Source of the DNA: Vermamoeba vermiformis
Taxonomy: Eukaryota
Assembly: GCA_045837725.1 (NCBI GenBank)
Contig: JBEWZL010000270.1
Span: 1 to 64,000, forward strand
Direction of reading: 5' to 3'
Length of the DNA: 64,000 nucleotides
The translations under genes were made by a program, and so were the position numbers. Below are positions 1 to 10,207 of the stretch, in pieces; position 1 is the first letter of the stretch; each line of letters opens with the position of its first letter. The notes under the pieces are model-generated. The model was not told the DNA's origin. It made no database searches and worked only from the letters and a program-made list of their open reading frames with translations.

Positions 1-3000
1 GACAAAAGAGTGCCTGCCTGAATGATGGCCGAGGCAGCCACGGCAGGGAAGGTGGCCTTTGCTTCCTCTCCCGGTTGCTGGAGGAGGATGCAATGTCTCA
101 AGCACCAAAGGAAAGGTCTCGCCGCCCAGAGAAGGTCCTGATCCTTTCCTGCCGAAGGCAAGCACCATAAGGTGCTCGAGTCCTTGGTGTCCACGAAAGT
201 CGAAAGGCAGGCGAAAAAGTCGGCAGTCAGGGTCGGGTTGGTCTCTTCTTCGTCGACCGTTCCGGGGGGAGGAGACGAGTAAAAGCAGTAGTGGGCTGGA
301 GAGAACTCCACTTTGGGCAGGACCGTAAAGCTTTGGGTTGAAGAGAACTTGGGTAGTTCCCCAGTCTTGAGGCAAGCCAGCAGGACGAAGCAGCCCGTTC
401 CTCCTTGGACGTCTTGGGGATCTTGCTTGTATCCATGGTGTTTGATGACATTGAACAGCAAGGTCGTCAGCACACGGCTGGACATGATGGATGTGCAGGC
501 TGCCCCCAGGGTGCGAGTGTTGAGCAGCAGCACGGCGGAGAAGCCCAACATTGCCGCCTCCTTGGCCTTCTCGATCCTGATGCTCGCTTGCTCGTCGGTT
601 TGGACTTTTCCTCCCCTGGCATCCACCAAAAACAGGTGCTCCACCTGAACCAGGAGGTGAGAACTCGAAAAGACGGACGAACGCAATCTCGCTTACCTGG
701 TCTTCGGCCGAGAGGTCGACCTTCACGGGCAACAGAGGCTGGATTCCTGGTATTATTTCCTCGATCTTGTGCTTTTCGTCGAAAGCGAACACGTGGGCCC
801 AATCTCTCAATCTGGTCTTCGATTTCGGCTTTCCTGCCACCAGCAACGACTTGATGATGGCTCCCGCCACGTGCTCCTTGTCTTTTTCGTTGCAGAGGGA
901 TAGGACGTTGGTGGGAGAGCAAGGTTCGTCGAAACAAGCCTTCCATTTTTTCCTTTCGTCCATCGCCTCCTGGCTCTCTGGGCTTGAATTGTGAAGCTTC
1001 AGGTACCTGGCGACCACGCTCTCGTTGAACCATTTTTGAACTTCGTCCTTGTCTTTAACTATCTGGCATAACGTTTTGAAGCTGGGACCCTCGAGCCGTT
1101 GGGAAGCCGCGAACATCATCAGGGCGTAACGTTTCCGAGGATCGGGAATTCCCTGGAGGCCGCTCAAGCTTTCGACCGAGTAAGGTTTCGACTTGTTCTG
1201 CATCCTGGACAGGTGCTCGTACCAGACGGGCCAGACGAAGAAGGGAGAGGCATGAGGAGGGACCTGGTACGCCCACTTGATCTTGTAGTGGTTGCTCTGG
1301 ATGATTTTGACCACGGCCTCCATCGCCTTGTCTCGAGTCTCCCGGTTGGCTTCGGCAAGCCTCTTGGCCTCTTCCGCCTTGATCGAGTTGGTGGCGGCAG
1401 CAATGTTGAAGTTGAACTCGGACATTATGCTCCTGTCCGCTTCTGCGGGGTCCGTGTTCTTGTCGAACACTTTGACGATCCATCTTGATCTCAGCATCCT
1501 CAGCAGGTTGACCAGAGTCGGTTTCTCTTGCTGAGATTGCATGTAGAACAGGTTGTTGGTGATGGTGACCTTCTCGTCCTCGTCCAGGTCGACGTACAGC
1601 TGGAGCAAGACCTTGGGAGCGGGCACCTTCCCCGAAGCTTGGAGTTTCTTCGCGGCCTCTCTCCTGTGCTGACCGTCGAGGGTCTCCACCTTCGCCGCCG
1701 GCAAGGCTCGGGGATCCTTGACTTCCTTCATCCAGCGCTCGAGCTCCTCCCAGGCCGACGAATCGACGCAGCCCACCACCAGGGTGAAGTTGTCCCATTC
1801 CTCTCCGATCGTCTTGACCTTCTCCTGCACCAGCTTCTGGTCGAGCTCCCTGAGGACATTGCTGGCCTGGTGGTCGTCCAGCACCTCGTAGGGGACTTCC
1901 CCGAAGGTTCCCACGCACTTGGCCTTGGTGATCTTGGAGGCTTCTTGTTGGAGGGTCTTGAGCATCGATGGGTTCTCCTTGATCCCTTCCAACAAGCTTT
2001 TGGCGTCCTTGGGCATGTCCTTGCTCTTGCTGGCCTCTTCCACCGCCTTGCTGACCATGCTGGCTCTCCTGTTCTTTTTGTCGCTCGCTTCTGCCTTGCT
2101 CTGGGCCAGTGCCTTGCTGGTGGCTAATTCGTCCCTGATCCTCTTCCTGGCCGACTCGGACACCTCTTTGGTGGCAACGACCTGTTGGAAGGTCAGAGTT
2201 AATCCTTTCTTGGCTCAAGAGTAGATTTTTACTCTTACCTTTTGAGGAGTCATCTCCAGCATCTTGGTCTTGCCGACGACGGGGAACGTGTCGGGATCTC
2301 CGAACGGCTCTTCCTCTTTGGCCTTCTCCGATTGCACTCGAATCGCCTTGGGAACCAGGCTCTCTTCGATCTCGGCCCTGGCAGCCTCTTCTGTCAGCTC
2401 GTTGGTGTTGGAGGGCTCCCTTGCCCCCGCCTTCACTGCCAACTTGTACTCCACCTTCCAGTCCTCCATGACTTTCTGGAAGGTAAAGTCTCCTTTTTCG
2501 GTGCGAGTCAGGTTCCAGGTCTGCAACTGGGCGTTCACCTTGTCGGAGTTCCAGTGGGACTTGATCTCCAGGCAGGCTCTCTCTACCAGCTCCGGAGCCT
2601 TTGCCAGGGCCAGCCAGCATTGGCTTCCGCCCTTGACCAAGCGGACCACCACCCATTGGTCGTCGCCTCGGTCGATCTCCTGGACGGCCTTCTGGTTCTT
2701 GCCCATGATCGGCCCCTTGTACAGAAGGCACTTTCTCTCTTGGTCGGCCTCGATCCACCAGCTTCCGGAGGGCACCCCGCTCACGTAGCTCCTGGGACGT
2801 TTGTCAGTTTCCTGCTCGAGTTTGCCTTGCTCTCTTACCTGTCGGACCACTTGCTCTTTGCGTTGGGCTTGAGCTCTCCCATCAGCTTTTCCAACTCCTT
2901 TTGTAACTTCTTGGCCGCTCTTTCTTCTTTTCGCTGCTTTCCTTCTTCCTTTCTCGTCTCTCCTTGCTTTAACAAGTTCAAGATCTGGGTAGCTTGGGTA

Positions 3001-3193
3001 GATTGCCTGTAAACTCGAGTTAGAATCTCTTCTTGGGTCAAGAAAGGATTATCTCACTGTAACTTTAATCTTTTCCCTTTCTGACTCAGGAAGGGATTTT
3101 CCCTCTCTGATTCAGGAAGGGATTCTTAATTTCGAATAAAACTTAGAAATTTACTATTCCCTTCCCAGTCTGCAAATATTGTACTTACGACAT
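1..3193 (-). CDS. Spliced DGQHR-motif (ParB/Srx-fold) protein, 3' end runs off the window
   Basis: Manual model: ATG at 3193-3191, GT-AG introns 3188-3007, 2838-2792, 2238-2182 and 696-645, all phase-compatible. Product MSQSTQATQILNLL...KVETLDGQHRREAAKKLQ...LLQLYVDLDEDEK, with DGQHR at 1677-1663. The track omits the long exon, probably because its frame has no stop before position 1. About 55-63% GC in sampled lines. Confidence 0.75.
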
Positions 3194-3870
3194 CTTTGCA
3201 GATTTTCCTTTTCTTGGGTAGCAGGTGGGCTGCTTTGTTGTTGTCGAGTGTGGTGTTGTGTTTGTGAGGGTGAGTAAAATGAAATTTTTTTGTTTCCAAA
3301 CATTACTATTGAATTTCCTCCCTTTTTATTTAGGGAGGATATTTTTTCCCTCCCTGTCTCAGAGAGGGAAAGTTTTCTGCAAATTTTAATGTTGCTTCTC
3401 GAGTTTAAAATCCTTTACTGCTTAGCAGTTTGTCTTGGAGGAATTGGGGGGAAACCCCCCCACACCCCCCAGCAACATTTTTTTCCTTTCATAGCCCAGG
3501 ATGTTTTGATCTGCGCTTCGTTTCCTGATAAAATTTGTCCAAATTCGAGTCTCTAGAACATTTTCGATGATTGGAGACATTGGGGGGGAAACCCCCCCAC
3601 ACCCCCCAGCAACATTTTTTCTCATTTTTTCTTTGCTTTTGCCTTGCCGAAACCCCTTCCATCTCCGATTTTGTCCTGTTTTCACTGGATTTCCTGCTGT
3701 TTTTGTCTGATTTTCCCTCAATTTTGGAATTTTTGCCTTAATTTCCTTCATTTTTCCCTTTGTTCTTTCAAAATCCCTTCCTGGCTCAGGGAGGGATTGC
3801 CTGGTAGGGGAAGGGATTTTCATCACTCCCTGTCTTTCTTGTTGAATTCCCTTCTTGAGCCAAAGAAGGA
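3029..3870. repeat. Dispersed 23-bp imperfect palindrome TCCCTyyCTGnyTCAGrrAGGGA (4 good copies plus variants)
   Basis: Copies at 3074-3096, 3100-3122, 3347-3369 and 3774-3796; weaker variants near 3029, 3316 and 3848. Confidence 0.75.
3435..3621. repeat. Direct repeat (~50 bp, 2 copies) containing a G6-7-AAA-C7 hairpin
   Basis: ttggagnnattG(6-7)aaaC7acaC6agcaacaT(6-7) at 3435-3484 and 3571-3621. Confidence 0.85.
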
Positions 3871-3924
3871 TTGTCTTTCAAAAACAGCTTTCACAACCCT
3901 AACCCCGATGTTTTTTGATATTTC

Positions 3925-6900
3925 TCATATAAATTGTTCAATCTTCTTCTTTAAACCGGCGACGGTGACGACAGCCGCAGCGATGTTCTTGTTTGTCAAG
4001 TTTTGCACGGTTTGGATAGCCTTCGTTTTGCCAACTTTAATATTGTTATTAAGTTGGGCAATTACTTTCTTCTGCGCGAGTCGCCAGTGGCTAAAATACG
4101 AGAGGACGATTGAAGAGCGCTTAAAGCTGCGATTAAGGTCCGACGGAAAGGCCCAGTCACATATTTGCTCGATTGTAGCGGTGTCTTTCATCCTCACCTA
4201 TTTTCGAGTATTAATTACTGTCAGTTCAAAAAAAAATAGACTTACAATGCAATCGGCATGACGAGTACTTAGCAAGGTGTGGACTGCGTCGCGACCTTGC
4301 TGCAAAGCTGCAACGAACCGATGCTTCTCGGCGGCAGTGTTGAGACCAGCGACATTGCAAAAAGCAGCAAGCAAGCCATTCACAAGATTAGCAGCAATTG
4401 TTCCTGAGATTGATCTGTCCAGTGGAACAACAAAGCCATCACAGGGGTGGAGACAAAGTCTGATCCTCGCGCCAATGTCCATCATTCGTTCTTTGTCTTT
4501 AGCGTGATCCGGGAACAGGCTGTGAAGAAACTTGGGGGGCAAGGGGAGCATCAAGTCGTCATTGGCTTCCAAGTCCGCCAGGTCAGCCTCCTCGGCTTCA
4601 CGAGCAAAGTCGTCCATCGGCAACGAGCAACGCACGTGATCAAACGCGTACGGTAACTCTACCAAATCCCGCATCAGGTGTAGACGTCCGTAGGTAAATA
4701 CACTCTCTTTCAATTTGTAGCGATTGAACAACTTCGGATGTGATAGCTGCAGTACCGCACCACTCCAAATAAATGTCAAGCAATCTTGCAACAAGAAAGC
4801 GGCGCGTAGCAAGTCATCGCTGTAGTCCAAAGCGTCCAAGTGACGTGCTGAAGATACATTAGTGAGTGACTTTGAGTTAGCAGCAATGCTTACCTTTGAC
4901 TACGTAATCCAAAAGCAGATAGAAATACGTGGCAATGCTGTCGGTAAACTTCTGTGGGAAAAGGCATATCGTCTCAGTGAGAACTGTTTGAAGAGGGCTG
5001 CAGCGCATCATCTCGAGCGGTATTAAGCCACACTGGTAAAGAGCCTTCAGCATGTTGAAGAGCTCGGTTACAGCCTCTCCGAGAGTAACCATCTCACGAT
5101 AAGCGTGAAGCAAATCTGCTGCAGTTGGGTTTTGCAAGGTTATTTCAATGCGCGGTCCGTATGCCTTTTGCGGCATGATTGTTGAATACAGTTTCTTCGA
5201 TCTTGTCCATTCTTTTCTCGAATTTACGTCATTTACCTCCTCGTTAAGTCTAACCAGTATTAGTAATGTAACGATCGTAAATGGGTCAACTTACTGAGAA
5301 CGAAGCTTATTGGAAACTCGGACGTCCGCGCCAATGAGTTGCTTGACTTTTTCAATTGGAAATGCCAACGCAGCGTGATAAGAGTTGGAGAAAGGAATTT
5401 GATGACGATAATCTTCACTGCCTCTGTGATAGGCTTTGATGCGCGTTAACAACAAATGTTCTTTTCCATACTCCACCATTGTACTTGCGCACGCTCCAAT
5501 GCCGAAGTTAGGATATTCGGTGATCCTGACAATAAGTTAGATATAATAGAAAGAATGCAATTCTACTCACTTCGGCTTTAGATAATCTTCTTCATACTTG
5601 TTGCTACGAGCACGCTGGAAAATGGTGGAGTTACAAACCATTAATGCTCTCAGAGGAGAATTTAGCGCATCTCCGAGAAGCGTGGTAAAGTTCCTTGTAA
5701 AGAACATCGTAACGTTGCTGTCGTCATCACCGCATCTGTACACAAAAGAATTAGTGACACGTGTCAACAATTCTCAGAATTCCTTACAATAAGTCCAACC
5801 CAATATCTTGCAGGTACGTCGTTTTGTTGCCCAGCGTGTGGTAATGTATCTTGTCCATTGCAAACAGTTCGTTTAGCTTGTCGCTTAGCTTGCTCAAGTC
5901 CTCCGAAGATTTGATCGGATCTTTACGGCCAAAGTGTTGGATCACGAATACCGCTTGGTACCTATCAAGTTAAAGATCAGTTTATGCAAATAAAGAAAGA
6001 TTCAGGGACGTACTTTGACTCAAGGTCAGTAAATTCCTCAATTCGGTTCTGAATGCAACAGGTTGTCTCCAGCAAAATTCTCATGGTTTCTCCCGGCTTC
6101 CTTGACTCCAAAACCGCGGAATAAGGTGTGGCTATCGGTGAAATTCTCGCTTGCTCAGAGTCCAAGACGCCTGTGACATCTTGTTAGTAAAAGATGTTTA
6201 ATTACTTGTCGTGCTACTTACCCTGGTATGCACAATCCTCAAAGAATTTTTTGATTACATCACCAGACTGTTCAAATGGACACTCAGGGAATACTACGAA
6301 CAAGGGAATATTGCCATCAATCCATCTGAACAAAAGAGTTAGTAAGAATTCAATTTAATCTTGTATAACATACCCAAGGCCAATACTTGGGCAAGTGTGC
6401 AACGCTTTGCCCTTGTAGCGCATTTTGCACAAGCTGAGACGAACGTTGAAGTTGGGGCAAATCACCATCTCCCAAGAACCACAAATGAATTCCAGGGTTT
6501 CACTGACAAACCCGGTAAAGTCCGTGTCCAGGGAGAAAGTAAGCTTTGAGTCCTTGGCTTTTGTCAGGTGAGGTTTTGGCCCGTAATACATGTCCGTTGT
6601 CAACCAGTCGATGCAATCTTCAAAATCTTCGCCAAAGTCGTCACCATCTTTGATGATTTTAGCATCCTTGATAAGATGCTGAATGAACAGGTTGGGCTTT
6701 ACAACGCCAACGGCCATCGCTTGTCGAATTTCGTCAAGGAGATTTTCATCATACACAGTACGGCCATGATCATCTTTAAGGTGATTTTCCCTAATTAAGT
6801 AAAAACGTTACTTTAAGAAAGAAATAGATAATTCAACAACTACTTACTGCTCTATTCTAATCAAGAGCTGTATTTTTTCTTTTGGCGACAGTGCGAAGTA

Positions 6901-7645
6901 ATCTTTTAGGTTCGCGAGGATGGACATCGCCCCATCCCGTCGCAGCAAACGCAGCAGCGAGTAGAACTCATCGGAAGGCATGTCAGGCTCCGGCTCAGGA
7001 TCCTCTGCCTCCGCCTCTTCTGAGGAAGTCTCCAACGGTGGTGCGGGGCTGCGGCACGACACAGATTCCTCTTCTTCAGATGACGTATCCAGTGACGGTG
7101 CAGGGCTGAGGCACGCTGCATACTGTCAGTACAAGATAGCATTATAAGACTTGAGCAGCATACCTTTGGAGTTGGAAGACGCTGAAGGAGAAGAAGAAAG
7201 AGAGGAAGAAATAGAGCATGGGGAGGAAAGAGAAGAAGACCACATGGCCTTTCTTGACCCTACTCAACCAATAAACAAGTGGCTATTCATAACATTAAAT
7301 ATAAATACTCACGTAGGGGCTTTGGCATTACCAGCCAATCGTTCACGTCCACAGAGGTGGCAAGCGCGTCAGACGGTTCGTAGTTGGCCAAGTCCTCATC
7401 TACGGCGAGCTGGGTAGAGGCCTCTTGAGTTGAAAACTCGTCGTAGGCCTCGTATTGCGCATCTGGACACGCATTTTCTTTGGCTGAGAGATCGAAAGCA
7501 GCGTGCAACAACTTGTCAAACTTCCTTGTCGGAGAAAGAGCTTCTGCAATTACTTATTAGGGGTTGTTGAGCATTAAATAAGCCGCTTACCATCGAATGA
7601 GGAGTTCAGAATTTGGTCGGTGATGTCACGAAAGCAAACAGAAGT
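3925..7645 (-). CDS. Multi-exon protein with a Rep_trans/MOB_T-like motif series (putative rolling-circle initiator/relaxase or transposase)
   Basis: About 12 phase-compatible GT-AG introns join the track fragments from 7287-7511 down to 3925-4197. Spliced product: Ser/acidic N-terminus, LHTCPSIGLG-WIDGNIPLFVVFP, FVIQHFGRK, YLQDIGLD (DIGLD at 5807-5793), RIKAYHR (Tyr at 5431-5429), YGPRIEIT (RIE at 5152-5144). 5' end unresolved. The gene is well supported; the function is inferred. Confidence 0.6.
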
Positions 7646-7658
7646 CTGTTAAAGATGG

Positions 7659-10003
7659 TTAATGCAACCACCCTGGAAAGTCCTCCAGATGAGCTTTAAT
7701 GTATCGAAATATCCAGCTTGTCGATTCCAAATCAGGAAACACTCTCATCAAGAACGAGAATGGTAAATCAGTAAATATTAATCTCTTTTCAACACAGCAA
7801 ATTTCATAAAACTTAAGGATACGAAATTTCCATTTGCGAAAGAATTCACGTCGCACTGGAGAGGCACTTGCAGGACCCACATCTTTCCCCTCAAAATCAT
7901 CCGCCATCGCAGCCGCAAGCTTCGTTGCATTGAGTCCAGCCAAGATTTTGAACAGCTTATCGTTAACTTCTATTTCCACAGTTCTCGGGGCCAAGTTAAA
8001 CTTCTCTGCTATGATAGAAGTTCGAAAACGGTTGCAAAGAGTGCTAATGATTCCACCAATGTAGAACAGCTTCAGTTTTGTTATGATGTGCAGATCTAAC
8101 TGAGCTTGGCAGAACACAGCCAAGCCGTCTAAGCCATCCACTAAGCGTTGCACCAACACATCTTGTTCAAACGATGCGAGGTCCTGACTTGAAGAGTTGA
8201 AGAACTTCAAGGCAGCCGAATCTGCCCCTTCTTTGACACCGGATAGCTCGAGGTCCATGAAATTTTTCACTGAGTCGAGCGAGGTTTGCGAAAACTCACA
8301 ATTACGAATTCCGGTCAACAATTGGCTCGATGCCCCTTCGCAGAACAAGTAAGTCACAAACGGTTAAATAAAAAAGAAATTATGCTTACCTGATTCGTGG
8401 GTAATCAAAGCATCTCCGGTTAATTTAGCCTTCAGTTTAACGCCAACTTTCACGCTATCACGGAGCAGGAATTGTTTGTTCTCGTAAGTAAGCGCAACGA
8501 GTCTAAACCGATCACTTTGTGCATCCACGTCAATGCCAATACCGTGCACATGTAATCTCTCCAAATGCTCCCGTAGTGCAATGATGTAACGATGAGTTCG
8601 CCTTGTGACAGAATCAGGTGACATGTCATTTTTGTCAAGAAATTTTTGACGTCTTTCCAATTTTAGCAGTTGTTCTAAAAATACCAATTAATTCACCCGA
8701 ACTTTCAATAATTAAATAAGAGTTCTCTATAAGACGTACCTTCTGTGCGCGATCTCTTGCTCTTCTTTTTTCGTTTTTTGTTTTTCTCTTTTGACTTCTT
8801 GCGAGAGATGCTCTCGACAGGATCTGAAACCGAGTCTTCAGACTCCTCAGCAGCCAGGGGGCGCGACTTCTTGCTTTTTGTAACTTTTTTGTCAGGAGTG
8901 TGTTCGGGCACTTACAAAAGAAGATAAATAAATGAATGGTTGGTTCGCAAAAATACTTACCGCCAATATCTTCGTTGTGTTCCTGTTCTTCATTTGGGGC
9001 ACCACGGTGTTCTAAGGCGACTGAATTAGCAAAAATCAAAAAAGAAGCTATTGGTAACGTACGGTCATCACTTTGTAGAGACGTCGGGTCTGTCCTCTCT
9101 GGCTGGGAATTGGTGTTGCTCATCTCTTTGTCCTGGAGGTCAACGTCGTCGTTGTCGTTATTTCCAAGTTCACTTTCGCCTTCGTCATCACTGTCGTCGC
9201 TGTCGACGTCTTCTTCATCGTCATCATCATCTTCATCATCTTCTTCTTCTTCTTCATGCCCCTGATGATTATAATCCTCATCATTCGCAGGAGGAGAGTC
9301 ATCCTTCGCATCGATGAACTCCAGATCATCAGAATTTGGCTCTTCGTCGGGCTCGTGTAATTCAGCCCAATCTTGCGCCATTCCTTTGACCGACATCAAG
9401 GTGTCCACGGGTGCGGCAGCTTCTTCAGCAGCCTTCCTTGCTTGCTCGGCATCATGTTCCGCGTCAAAGGACTCGCCTTCACTGTCAAAATCTAAAATCT
9501 GTCAAAAATCGGGAGTAAAATTTTGCTTAAGTTAAATTAAGTACCTTTTGGTTCATGAGTGGCAGCTCGTTTTGGCAAGGCTCTCGCTTTGGCGCTCTGT
9601 TACGATTATTATTAGATTTTAAGAAATGGCGGGAATTAGTTCATTAGCTTACCTTGTCGGGCACGTTCGGTGCTTCGTTGTTCGCAGGGGCCTGATCTTT
9701 CTCACTGGCTCGACGTACTGATTTTACTGATTTCTTCTTTTCCGACGTAGATTTTGTTGGGGAAGACTTGCTTGACGATTTGCTGGGGGACTTTCTGGGC
9801 GATTTTGAAGTAGACTTGGGTGGCGACTTTTTAGACGGGTTGGGGACCTTCTTAGACTTCTTAGACTTGTTCTTTTGCGGCTTGGATTTTGCAGCTGACG
9901 TTTTGGATTGGACGGAGAAACTTGAGCTGTCAAAGTGACGGACTGGCGACTTGGTACGGGAGGCACGAGGGGTGGTTGATATTAGGTCTTGCACAGCAGC
10001 CAT
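7659..10003 (-). CDS. Multi-exon hypothetical protein with Lys/Ser-rich and strongly acidic low-complexity N-terminal half and globular C-terminus
   Basis: ATG at 10003; GT-AG introns join track fragments 9644-10003, 8635-9408, 8705-8911, 8364-8687 and 7659-8357. SPKK-like tract, D/E tract and a basic NLS-like KKRKKKSKR. May be fused to the downstream gene. Confidence 0.65.
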
Positions 10004-10207
10004 ACAATCCAGAGGCGACTACGAATTTAAATTAGTGCGATACTATCGCTCTCTCAAAAGACTTACCATGTTTTGTTAGGGTTGAGTTGAGTTACGGTTC
10101 GTATTCTAGTAAGTAACGAGTTATTTTCAAATCGCGTTAGCTTTAAAAAGAGCGGGCTTACACGGCATTGGTCAAAAACGACGATTTTTTCTATATTTTT
10201 GTATCTT

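Noticed and set aside
1055-2758. 567-aa minus-strand ORF and the many plus-strand ORFs in 59-3012
   Set aside because: Shadow frames of the GC-rich DGQHR gene, with R/G/Q/P-biased composition and no motifs. The spliced frame has coherent splice sites and a recognisable motif.
3290-4261. ORFs 3290-3556, 3422-3826 and 3644-4261
   Set aside because: They run through low-complexity repeat DNA or lie antisense to the Rep-like gene's last exon, and have no protein-like motifs.
7646-7822. U12-type intron starting GTATCCTT at 7822 (minus strand)
   Set aside because: Splicing to the AG at 7646 is out of frame, and a GT-AC pairing would be needed. The match may simply reflect codons for R-I-L.
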